From: Candidatus Daviesbacteria bacterium
GTDB taxonomy: Bacteria > Patescibacteriota > Microgenomatia > Daviesbacterales > UBA10151
Assembly: GCA_016176465.1 (NCBI GenBank)
Contig: JACOXD010000010.1
Coordinates: 71,497-135,496, forward strand
DNA length: 64,000 nucleotides
Direction: 5' to 3'
The translations under genes and the position numbers were made by a program. Under the pieces are notes generated by a model, which was not told the origin of the DNA, searched no databases, and saw only the letters and a list, made by a program, of their open reading frames with translations. Position 1 is the first letter of the stretch. Each line of letters opens with the position of its first letter. Of the stretch, positions 56,007 to 64,000 are shown piece by piece.

Positions 56007-56624
56007 ATGATTATGAAAAGAGAAGAAGCATATAAACTAATGACAGAGATGATTAAAAATCCCAATTTGCAAAAGCATGGGTTGGCTGTTGAGGCAATAA
56101 TGAGAGAGCTTTGTAAATATTTAAGAAAAAGAGAAAAACTAGATCCTTCGGCTTTGTCTCAGGATGACAAGTGGTGGGATATTGAATTTGATGAAGAGGA
56201 GTGGGCAATAGTTGGACTTTTACATGACGCTGATTATGAATTAATAGAAAAAGATCCTACCCGTCACACACTGGTAACAGAAGAAAGGGTCCGACCCTTA
56301 GGCGCTAGTGAAAGAATTATAAATGGGATAAAAGCTCATCATGATGGGATTAAAGAAACTAGGGATAATTATTTAGAAAAGTCAGTTTATGCAGCAGATG
56401 AGTTATCTGGTTTAATAACAGCTTGTGCTTTGGTTAAAGAAAAAAAATTATCCAATGTAACTGTTGAAACTGTAATGAAAAAATTTCCTGAAAAAAACTT
56501 TGCTGCTGGTGCAAAAAGGGATCAAATTTTAGCCTGTGAGAACGAATTAAAAGTTCCTCTGGAGGAGTTTGTAGGAATTGCACTAAAAGCCATGCAGGGA
56601 ATTAGCAAAGAATTGGATCTATGA
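56007..56624 (+). CDS. HD-domain phosphohydrolase.
   Basis: H ... LLHDADYE ... D metal-binding arrangement. Contains one internal GGGTCCGACCC palindrome (56287-56297). Confidence 0.6.
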   Translation: MIMKREEAYKLMTEMIKNPNLQKHGLAVEAIMRELCKYLRKREKLDPSALSQDDKWWDIEFDEEEWAIVGLLHDADYELIEKDPTRHTLVTEERVRPLGASERIINGIKAHHDGIKETRDNYLEKSVYAADELSGLITACALVKEKKLSNVTVETVMKKFPEKNFAAGAKRDQILACENELKVPLEEFVGIALKAMQGISKELDL

Positions 56625-56644
56625 TTTTGTCATTTCGAATGTAA

Positions 56645-56938
56645 GTGAGAAATCTCAAGATTTATTATGTCTATATAATAGCCAGTAAGACAGGAACGTT
56701 ATATATTGGAGTTACTAATGATTTGCATCGCAGAATATATGAGCATAGAAATAAATTGATTAAAGGATTTACAGAAAAATATAATATTGATAGACTTATG
56801 TATTTCCAAGAATTTGAAGATATAAACCAAGCAATTGAAGCAGAGAAAAAGTTTAAAAAATGGAGTAGAGATAAAAAAATGAATTTGATAAAAACCATGA
56901 ACCCTGATTTTAAAGATTTATATGAAAGATTAATCTAG
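56645..56938 (+). CDS. Small GIY-YIG domain protein (UPF0213/YhbQ-like), second copy.
   Basis: YYVYIIASKTGTLYIGVTNDLHRRIYEHRN. Confidence 0.6.
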   Translation: MRNLKIYYVYIIASKTGTLYIGVTNDLHRRIYEHRNKLIKGFTEKYNIDRLMYFQEFEDINQAIEAEKKFKKWSRDKKMNLIKTMNPDFKDLYERLI

Positions 56939-56974
56939 AGATCTCTCTCAGGCAAGCTCTGATCGAGATGACAA
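56937..56974. repeat. Family-A hairpin unit (AGAGATCTCTCTCAGGCAAGCTCTGATCGAGATGACAA).
   Basis: Near-identical to 10068-10104. Supplies the spurious MTKEL N-terminus of the listed serS ORF. Confidence 0.55.
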
Positions 56975-56982
56975 AGGAACTT

Positions 56983-58257
56983 ATGCTTGATATAAATTTT
57001 ATTAGAGAAAATAAAGATTTAGTTAAAAAAGCAGTTAAAGATAAAAAATTAGAGGTTGATGTGGATCAACTTTTAGAGGTTGATCAAAAAAGAAGAGATT
57101 TGATTCAAAAAGTTGAGAGTTTGAGAGCTGATCGAAATATTGCAGCAAAAGATAGGAATATAGAAAAGGGGAAAGAGGTTAAGGAAAAATTGGATAGTTT
57201 GGAGGATGAATTAAAAAGAAAGGAAGAAAAATTTAATCACTTAATGCTTTTTGTCCCAAATATTCCAGCAGGTGATGCACCCATAGGCAAAGATGCTGAT
57301 TCTAATAAAGAAGTTTCCAAGTGGGGAGAGATTCCTAAATTTAATTTTACCCCTAAAGACCATATAGAGTTAGGAAAACTTTTGGATATTATTGATTTAG
57401 AACAAGGAGCAAAAGTTTCTGGGTTTAGAGGATACTATCTAAAAAATGAAGGAGCAATTTTACATTTTGCCCTTTTAAATTATGCATTTAAAAAAATTAT
57501 TGAAAAAGGTTTTAGAGTACTTGTCCCCCCAACTTTAGTTAGGGAAAATGTTTTAATTGGCTCAGGGCACTTTCCTTTTGGTAAGGAAAATGTTTATCAA
57601 ATTGCCAATCCCGGAAAATTGGAAACTGGGGAAGAGGTAAAAACTCCTTTATTTTTAACAGGAACTTCTGAACCATCTCTGCTTGCCTATTTTATGGATA
57701 AAACTTTAACTGAGGAGGAGCTACCTATTAAAGTTGCAGCAATGACCCAGTGTTACAGGTCAGAAGTTGGGGATTATGGCAAAGATACAAGAGGTTTATT
57801 TAGGCTTCATGAATTTGCCAAAGTAGAACAAGTAGTAATTTGTAAAAATGATCTTGCAGAGTCAGAGGAATATTTTAATGAAATGCAAAAAATATCTGAG
57901 GATTTATTGCAAGAATTAGGCATCCCCTATCATGTGATTGCAACTTCAACAGGCGATATGGGAGCAGGAAAACTTAGAATGAATGATATTGAAGCTTGGA
58001 TGATGGGTAGAGGAAAATATGGGGAGACTCATTCAAATTCTAATTTAACTGATTGGCAAGCAAGAAGATTGAACTTAAAGTTTAAAGGCAAAGATGGCAA
58101 AACTTACTTTGTTTATACTTTAAATAATACAGTTATTGCCTCTCCTAGAATTTTAATTGCTGTTTTGGAAAACTTTCAAATGGAAGATGGGAGTGTAAAA
58201 ATTCCAGAGGTTTTAGTCCCTTATACCAATTTTTCTGAAATTGTTCCTAAAAAATAA
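56983..58257 (+). CDS. serS: Seryl-tRNA synthetase. The likely start is ATG 56983 (MLDINFIRENKD...); the track ORF starts at 56968 inside a repeat.
   Basis: The N-terminal MLDxNxIREN matches the canonical SerS start. Coiled-coil arm. Class II motifs: [21 protein letters not shown]-type TQCYRSEVGDYGKDTRGLFRLHEF, and GSGHFPF. Confidence 0.85.
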   Translation: MLDINFIRENKDLVKKAVKDKKLEVDVDQLLEVDQKRRDLIQKVESLRADRNIAAKDRNIEKGKEVKEKLDSLEDELKRKEEKFNHLMLFVPNIPAGDAPIGKDADSNKEVSKWGEIPKFNFTPKDHIELGKLLDIIDLEQGAKVSGFRGYYLKNEGAILHFALLNYAFKKIIEKGFRVLVPPTLVRENVLIGSGHFPFGKENVYQIANPGKLETGEEVKTPLFLTGTSEPSLLAYFMDKTLTEEELPIKVAAMTQCYRSEVGDYGKDTRGLFRLHEFAKVEQVVICKNDLAESEEYFNEMQKISEDLLQELGIPYHVIATSTGDMGAGKLRMNDIEAWMMGRGKYGETHSNSNLTDWQARRLNLKFKGKDGKTYFVYTLNNTVIASPRILIAVLENFQMEDGSVKIPEVLVPYTNFSEIVPKK

Positions 58258-58265
58258 ATTATTTC

Positions 58266-59600
58266 TTATTTTTCTTGCTGTCTTTGTTTAATCAAATCAA
58301 AAGCTGATCCCCCAGTAGTATTGCCTGTATCTCCATTTATCTCTCCAAAACTTGAAGATGCATCTGAAGGGAGGGGAGTTTCTGCAGGTTCTGGAGTAGG
58401 TTCTGGTGTTGGTTCACTGATAGGGGATGAAGTGGGAAGCTCTTGGGTAACTGGGGGTGTATTGTTTTGAGTTGTAGTGGATGTTTCATTTCCCCTACCT
58501 ATTCCCAGGATAAAATAAAGTGAAGCAGCTGTAACAACTAAAATTATTACAACGGCTCCAATTATTGCAATTTTAGGAATTCCCTTATGTGGTTCCGCTT
58601 CAGTTTCAGGAATACCTGTTTGCTTTTGTTCAGGAGGAACCACAAGTGAATCATTATTAGAAAGCGTTGGGTTATATATTTCTGGTGGCGGCTGTGTTGG
58701 GCTTTCTGCCAGCTGAGAAAGATCAGTAGGTGCTGCCTCTCCGTTTTGAGGAGGAGTAGTCAGGTCAATGGGACCATTTTCACTGGTAGGGGTAGTGGCG
58801 GATGAAGTAGTGGGTTCGATCGGCTCAGTTTGGGCTGGGGTTTCAGATACTGGAGCTGACCAAGTCGGAACAGGTTGCTCTTGAGGTGTTGAAGGTGAGC
58901 CTCCAATTCCATAAGCACTTAAATCAAGTGGTTGGTTAGTATCAGCCAAAGATGTGTTGGGCGGGGTTTGAGATATATCTTGTGTAACAGAGAAAGGATT
59001 AGCAGGCAATTGAGGTTCGCTAGGTGTAGGACTGGAAAATGAAGGAGCACTCAAACCTTGATCCATAGCTGATGGAGGAGCAGCTTGAGGACCAGCAGGA
59101 AGTGAAGAATCAGATAACCCTGATAAATTCGAAGGAGGGGGAGGGGATGATAAAAAAGGATTATTTTGTAAGGAAGCAGATAAATTAGGAGTGGGTGGGG
59201 GAGGCGAGGTAGTTGAGGTGTCCATAGTAGGTGGGATTGTAGGTTCATTAGGTAAAATGGAGGAAGGGGGTTGGTTTAGGTCAAACTGTGAAGGACTATT
59301 GGGGAGTGTGACTGGCGGAAGATTAGTCGTAGTATCATCAGGTACTGGGGTGGCGTTTAAATCTGGCGTTGGTGAGGGAACTTGAGTAGGATTTGTACCT
59401 GTTGGATTAAAAGTAGTAACAGGAGGCATTGTATTAAGTGGAGGTGCTGCCAAATTAGCTCCTGTCGGATCTTGAGGAGAGGAAAAGCTAAAACCCGCAT
59501 TTGAAACTGGAGGAGGTGATGTTGAACCTACTGTAGCAGATGTATCAGGCGGATTTGTAGAATTATTATTGGAATTGTCCATGGCAGTAAAGCCAATCAA
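58266..59600 (-). CDS. Pro/Thr/Ser-rich low-complexity protein with a single TM helix.
   Basis: About 330 aa of PT-rich sequence, then KIAIIGAVVIILVVTAASLYFILGIG, then a further TPEP-rich tail. Convergent with serS and 8 bp from it. Confidence 0.45.
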   Translation of the reverse strand: MIGFTAMDNSNNNSTNPPDTSATVGSTSPPPVSNAGFSFSSPQDPTGANLAAPPLNTMPPVTTFNPTGTNPTQVPSPTPDLNATPVPDDTTTNLPPVTLPNSPSQFDLNQPPSSILPNEPTIPPTMDTSTTSPPPPTPNLSASLQNNPFLSSPPPPSNLSGLSDSSLPAGPQAAPPSAMDQGLSAPSFSSPTPSEPQLPANPFSVTQDISQTPPNTSLADTNQPLDLSAYGIGGSPSTPQEQPVPTWSAPVSETPAQTEPIEPTTSSATTPTSENGPIDLTTPPQNGEAAPTDLSQLAESPTQPPPEIYNPTLSNNDSLVVPPEQKQTGIPETEAEPHKGIPKIAIIGAVVIILVVTAASLYFILGIGRGNETSTTTQNNTPPVTQELPTSSPISEPTPEPTPEPAETPLPSDASSSFGEINGDTGNTTGGSAFDLIKQRQQEK

Positions 59601-59679
59601 GGCTTGATTTTAAGTTTATCTGAGTAGCTATGTCCTGTCAATCTAGAGTAAGTGTCCATTTTGCTAAGGCTACCTTTAA

Positions 59680-62532
59680 TTGATACAATATGCAAGTCTT
59701 ATGCTCAATTTTTTAAATAAATTTTTAGATGCGAATGCGCGTGAACTAAATAGACTCCAAAAAATTGTTGACCAAATTAATAATAAAGAGGGCAAAATTA
59801 AAAAGTTAACTGATACTCAAATTAAAGCCAAAGCAGAGGAGCTTAAAAAAAGGTTTCAAAAAGGCGAAACACTAGATCAACTTTTGCCTGAGACTTTTGC
59901 ACTGGTAAGAGAGGTGGGATCAAGACATTTAAACCAGCGGCATTTTGATGTTCAGCTAATGGCGGGTATTGCATTGCATGATGGAAAAATTGCTGAGCAA
60001 AAAACAGGTGAAGGTAAAACTCACTCAGCTACCTTGGCCTTAGCTTTAAACGCTCTAACTGGTAGGGGAGTTCATTTAGTAACAGTAAATGACTATCTGG
60101 CCAGAAGGGACTGTGGCTGGAATGGTCCTATTTTCCATGCCTTAGGTTTATCTTGTGCAGTTATTATTCACGAGCAAGCTTTTCTTTATGATCCTAAATA
60201 TTCTAATAAAGAAGTAACAGATAAAAGACTGAAACACTTAAAACCTATTTCCAGACAAGAGGCATATAACGCAGATATTACTTATGGAACTAATAATGAG
60301 TTTGGATTTGATTATTTGCGAGATAACATGGTTCATTCTTTAGCTGAAGCTAGGCAGCGGGGTCATTATTTTGCAATTGTTGATGAGGTTGACTCAATTT
60401 TAATTGATGAGGCCAGGACTCCTTTAATTATCTCTGCTCCAGCAGAGGAAGCTACAGAAAAATATAGCAAATTTGCCAAAATTATAGATTCCCTTTCTAG
60501 TGATGGGGATTATGTTATTGATGAAAAACTCCGAACTGCCCATTTAACAGAACATGGAACAATCAAGATAGAAAAAATCTTAGGAGTTGATAATTTATAT
60601 GAAAAAGATTTTTCAACGTTACACCATTTGGAAGAGGCTCTAAAAGCTAGGACTTTGTTTAAAAAAGATAAAGATTACGTAGTTAGAGATGGGGAAGTTA
60701 TTATTGTAGATGAGTTTACAGGAAGATTAATGCCAGGTCGTCGCTACTCTGAGGGGTTACATCAAGCTATAGAAGCAAAAGAGGGTGTTCCAATACAGCA
60801 AGAATCACAAACGCTAGCTACCATCTCTTTTCAAAACTATTTTAGGATGTATGAAAAGTTGGCCGGAATGACAGGAACTGCTGCGACAGAGGCCGAAGAG
60901 TTTCACAAAATTTATAAATTAGAAGTAGTCATAGTACCAACTCATAAGCCTATGATCAGAAAAGATCACTCTGATTCCATCTATAAAACTCAATCAGTCA
61001 AATACAGCGCTGTTGCAAATGCTATTGATGAAATTCATAAAATGGGCCAGCCCATTTTAGTTGGTACTACCTCAATTGAAAAAAATGAATTTTTATCAGA
61101 CCTTTTAAAGAAAAAAGGTATCTCTCATGCTCTCTTGAACGCTAAAAACCACGAAAAAGAAGCAGAGATAATTGCAAAAGCAGGTGAGCGGGGAGCAGTG
61201 ACTGTTGCAACTAATTTAGCCGGTCGAGGAGTGGATATTAAACTAGGAAAAGGGATTGAGGAACTTGGGGGTTTATATGTTTTAGGAACAGAGCGTCACG
61301 AAGCAAGAAGAATTGATAATCAATTGCGGGGTCGCTCTGGGAGACAAGGAGACTCTGGAGCTTCTAAATTTTTTGTTTCCCTAGAGGATGATTTAATGAG
61401 AGTTTTTGGAGGAGAACAAGTTGCCAAGGTAATGAATTTTTTAAAGATGCCTGAAGATGTACCTATTGAACATGGCTTAGTTTCTAAAGCTTTGGAGGGT
61501 GCTCAAAAGAAAGTAGAGGGTCACAATTTTGATATAAGAAAACACACTGTTGAATATGATGATGTAATGAATCAACAGCGTCAAATAATTTATAGAATAA
61601 GAAGGCAAATTTTAGAGGCTGCTGCCAAAATTGAAGGAGCACAAACCGGACTCAAAAAAGAAATTTTAGAAAAAATCGAAAGTCAGATAAAAAATATAGT
61701 CAGTGTTAATAGTATTGAGGGTGTGGATGTTGAAAAAATAGTTGAGGAATTTGTATCTATTATCCCTACTGATTCTAATTCCCAAAATCAGTTAGCCAAT
61801 CAAGTGCAAAGTCTTTCTAGTGATCAAATTAGTGAATTTTTAGTTAAAATCGCCATAGATTTATATGAGGAAAGAGAAAAAAGTATAGGGTCTGATATAG
61901 TTCGCCAGATGGAAAGTTTTGTTTATTTAAACACCATTGATCAGCTTTGGATTGAGCATTTAGATACTATGGATGATTTAAGAGCTGGGATAGGACTTCG
62001 GGGTTATGCTCAAAGAGATCCATTAATTGAGTATAAAAGAGAAGGTTTTGATCTGTTTGAGAGGCTAATGCAAAATATTGATTCAGAAGTTGTTGATAGG
62101 ATTTTTAAAGTAGAAGTACAAGCTGCTCCATCCATTGTCCAAACTCCAGCTGTTGATTTAGAAAAGGCGGTAGAAATACATCAAGAAGCGTTGGATGAAA
62201 AAGAGCTTTTGGAAGAAGTGGGCCAGTTAATGCCATCACCTCGTCATCCTGAGCGTTCTAGCGAAGGATCTGCGGAAACTAAAGTAAGAGCAGAAGGGGC
62301 AAGCAATACTGCAGGTTTAGCTGGATCCTTAAGAATTGAAGAAGAACAAGCAATACCTGATTTAAGCTATACAGGGACTAAAGTTACAGTTGAGCGGGGA
62401 GGAGAAGTAGTGTCTCAACAAGTTTATGGAGGAAGTGGACAATTAGTTAAGCCCCATGGCAAAATTGGCAGAAATGATCCTTGCTGGTGCGGTTCTGGAA
62501 AAAAATACAAAAAATGCCATTACCCAAATTGA
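59680..62532 (+). CDS. secA: Preprotein translocase ATPase SecA.
   Basis: DEAD motor (MAGIALHDGKIAEQKTGEGKT, LAGRGVDIKLG), preprotein cross-linking and wing/scaffold domains, C-terminal Zn finger CWCGSGKKYKKCH. Confidence 0.9.
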   Translation: MIQYASLMLNFLNKFLDANARELNRLQKIVDQINNKEGKIKKLTDTQIKAKAEELKKRFQKGETLDQLLPETFALVREVGSRHLNQRHFDVQLMAGIALHDGKIAEQKTGEGKTHSATLALALNALTGRGVHLVTVNDYLARRDCGWNGPIFHALGLSCAVIIHEQAFLYDPKYSNKEVTDKRLKHLKPISRQEAYNADITYGTNNEFGFDYLRDNMVHSLAEARQRGHYFAIVDEVDSILIDEARTPLIISAPAEEATEKYSKFAKIIDSLSSDGDYVIDEKLRTAHLTEHGTIKIEKILGVDNLYEKDFSTLHHLEEALKARTLFKKDKDYVVRDGEVIIVDEFTGRLMPGRRYSEGLHQAIEAKEGVPIQQESQTLATISFQNYFRMYEKLAGMTGTAATEAEEFHKIYKLEVVIVPTHKPMIRKDHSDSIYKTQSVKYSAVANAIDEIHKMGQPILVGTTSIEKNEFLSDLLKKKGISHALLNAKNHEKEAEIIAKAGERGAVTVATNLAGRGVDIKLGKGIEELGGLYVLGTERHEARRIDNQLRGRSGRQGDSGASKFFVSLEDDLMRVFGGEQVAKVMNFLKMPEDVPIEHGLVSKALEGAQKKVEGHNFDIRKHTVEYDDVMNQQRQIIYRIRRQILEAAAKIEGAQTGLKKEILEKIESQIKNIVSVNSIEGVDVEKIVEEFVSIIPTDSNSQNQLANQVQSLSSDQISEFLVKIAIDLYEEREKSIGSDIVRQMESFVYLNTIDQLWIEHLDTMDDLRAGIGLRGYAQRDPLIEYKREGFDLFERLMQNIDSEVVDRIFKVEVQAAPSIVQTPAVDLEKAVEIHQEALDEKELLEEVGQLMPSPRHPERSSEGSAETKVRAEGASNTAGLAGSLRIEEEQAIPDLSYTGTKVTVERGGEVVSQQVYGGSGQLVKPHGKIGRNDPCWCGSGKKYKKCHYPN

Positions 62533-62544
62533 AAATCCTTAGGT

Positions 62545-62627
62545 GCAAAGCTATTCCACCTCCCAGGTGGGATTTCTACATACTTAAATTGACGCAGGTG
62601 TAAACCGATTCTACCCCGGGGGTTGCA
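62545..62627. repeat. Two adjacent REP-like hairpins downstream of secA: a family-3b copy (GCAAAGCTATTCCACCTCCCAGGTGGGAT) and a family-2 variant (CGCAGGTGTAAACCGATTCTACCCCGGGGGTTGCAT).
   Basis: Read from sequence. Confidence 0.45.
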
Positions 62628-62696
62628 TACCGTGTTTTAGAATCTGTATACAATCATTGTTGACTTTTCAGATTAAATTATCCAATAATAAAATAG

Positions 62697-63416
62697 ATGT
62701 TATTAAACCAAAAGGGAATAATTTCTCCTTATATTTTACTAGTTATTGTTTTTATAGTTATTGCAATTATTTATCTACTTGTTAATAAAAATGATTTTAC
62801 TTTCTCTGACTTATTAAATTTTTCAGACAGAATTTATGCTCAAACAGCCCAAGATTTGGAGCCGCCTACTGCGCCAACGAATTTGAAAGTAACTAGTTAT
62901 TTAGGTACCAAAAAGGATGAAGGTAGTCGCGATGAGTTGGTATGGGATCCCTCAACTGACAATGTAGGTATCAAAAGCTATTTAATATATCAGATAATTG
63001 GCCCTGATGTTTATGATCAGAACCCCATAGCTGAAGTAGAAACTACATCGTATACGCGTCAATTTAATGTTAACGGATATGCCACAGATTATACTTATTA
63101 TGTTGTAGCCTTAGATACCAATAACAATAAATCTCCTCAATCCAATCTTGCACATATGACAGGTATATGGGGCGATGTGTTAGATAAATCCAATTCACGG
63201 CATATTAATGGTGCAAAGATTGAAGCTGTAAGTAATGGGACAACTAGTACATACATAGCAAATCAAAGTGGAGCCTATCTTATGAATCTTGCACCTGGTA
63301 CTTATGATGTAACTTACTCAGCTAATGGATATGTTCCACAAAAGTTTTCTTTAACAGTAACCGATAATCAAATGACTACAAGAAACGTATTCCTCTCAAA
63401 ATCACGCGGTAAGTAG
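62697..63416 (+). CDS. Membrane-anchored surface protein with a fibronectin type III-like domain and a carboxypeptidase-regulatory-like (transthyretin-fold) domain.
   Basis: N-terminal TM helix. PTAPTNLKVTSY ... WDPSTDNVGIKSYLIY is an FN3 pattern. GIWGDVLDKSNSRHINGAKIEAV ... APGTYDVTYSANGYVPQKFSLTV is the CarboxypepD_reg pattern. Confidence 0.45.
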   Translation: MLLNQKGIISPYILLVIVFIVIAIIYLLVNKNDFTFSDLLNFSDRIYAQTAQDLEPPTAPTNLKVTSYLGTKKDEGSRDELVWDPSTDNVGIKSYLIYQIIGPDVYDQNPIAEVETTSYTRQFNVNGYATDYTYYVVALDTNNNKSPQSNLAHMTGIWGDVLDKSNSRHINGAKIEAVSNGTTSTYIANQSGAYLMNLAPGTYDVTYSANGYVPQKFSLTVTDNQMTTRNVFLSKSRGK

Positions 63417-63544
63417 AATAATTAGCACTCTTGATTATAGAGGGTGTCTACCTAGCACACACCAGGTGTGTGAATCTTTACTTGAGGTGACGAAAAAAAT
63501 TGCAATTGCAGAAAATTTAGTCTTATGGTAAATTAGGAAGACTT

Positions 63545-64000
63545 ATGCGCCTTTGCCTTTCTCTAATTTTCAGTTTCGTTTTACTAGCCTTAACCCTTCC
63601 CAATTCAATCTTAGCCGCAAATTCCCTTGAGATTAAAAGTAGTATTAATATTTCTAGCAGTAGCAGCATTAGCAGCTCAAATAAAGTAACTATTTATAAC
63701 TCTGCAGATGTGCCTGAAGTTAATGGGGAATTTGATGATCCAAAAGATAAAATGGTAAAGGTAAGAGTATTTGTTCATGGAAGAAGATCTCATAATACCC
63801 AAAGTAATAATATCTGTACTGATGCTGACTCCACCAGAAGGGTAGATACTGAGAGATGGAGATTACCTGCTAGTGTGACTTATAATATTAACCCTTCTTC
63901 TGTACCAGCTTCGGTTGGAGCTGATAATTTTTCAAACTTAATTACCCAAGCTTCCTTCTCAGTTTGGCAATCAGCTGTTTTAAGTAAGGTAAACTTCTCA
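63545..64000 (+). CDS. Secreted protein, N-terminal part only (signal peptide plus a Ser-rich linker); it continues beyond the window end.
   Basis: MRLCLSLIFSFVLLALTLPNSILA is a signal peptide. The ORF is open to the end of the window. Confidence 0.35.
   Translation, partial: MRLCLSLIFSFVLLALTLPNSILAANSLEIKSSINISSSSSISSSNKVTIYNSADVPEVNGEFDDPKDKMVKVRVFVHGRRSHNTQSNNICTDADSTRRVDTERWRLPASVTYNINPSSVPASVGADNFSNLITQASFSVWQSAVLSKVNFS

Noticed and set aside
63458-63474. Perfect 8-bp inverted repeat CACACACC-A-GGTGTGTG upstream of the last ORF
   Set aside because: It may be another REP-like hairpin or an operator. A single occurrence gives too little to call.

Overview
This window is an AT-rich (about 33% GC), gene-dense bacterial segment that looks like a streamlined Patescibacteria/CPR-type genome. 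The proteins are rich in lysine and isoleucine and many genes overlap by 1-4 bp. Core content falls into four groups. First, a pentose-phosphate block: rpiB, rpe, a transketolase split into N- and C-terminal subunit genes, transaldolase, a short-form 6-phosphogluconate dehydrogenase, zwf and a cupin-type glucose-6-phosphate isomerase. Second, a B12-dependent ribonucleotide reductase module: nrdR, a class II nrdJ carrying a LAGLIDADG intein at the NPCGE active site, and a cob(I)alamin adenosyltransferase. Third, housekeeping genes for Lon, SecA, LysRS, SerS, an H+-pyrophosphatase, a P-type Ca-ATPase and S-adenosylhomocysteine hydrolase. Fourth, cell-envelope genes for an L,D-transpeptidase, a D-Ala-D-Ala carboxypeptidase and a GT-C glycosyltransferase. 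Beyond this core there is a large amount of repeat and mobile-DNA structure. There are three paralogous IS200/RAYT-type Y1 transposase genes, each bracketed by its own short hairpin repeat family, with solo copies of those hairpins scattered through intergenic DNA. A dispersed family of hairpin units (GTCATyCTGA ... GAAGrATCT) fills the gap between the transketolase halves and adds false N- or C-terminal residues to neighbouring ORFs. A roughly 150-bp MITE-like repeat occurs twice. A 21-bp in-frame minisatellite encoding KQSFS[AS]S sits inside two unrelated enzymes and one small ORF. At least eight ORFs are compositionally foreign (45-55% GC, arginine-rich), mostly ORFans and often next to the RAYT/REP elements or a tRNA; one of them is translationally coupled to a GAF histidine kinase. 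Smaller oddities are a NUDIX (MTH1-like) pseudogene missing its Nudix box, a standalone ATP-cone protein, a LysRS with a roughly 150-aa C-terminal extension and a CIRCE-like operator at the lon promoter. No CRISPR array or rRNA was seen. One tRNA-Glu is present, next to a tRNA-like 3' fragment. All calls rest on reading the sequence and translations by eye; no searches were run.
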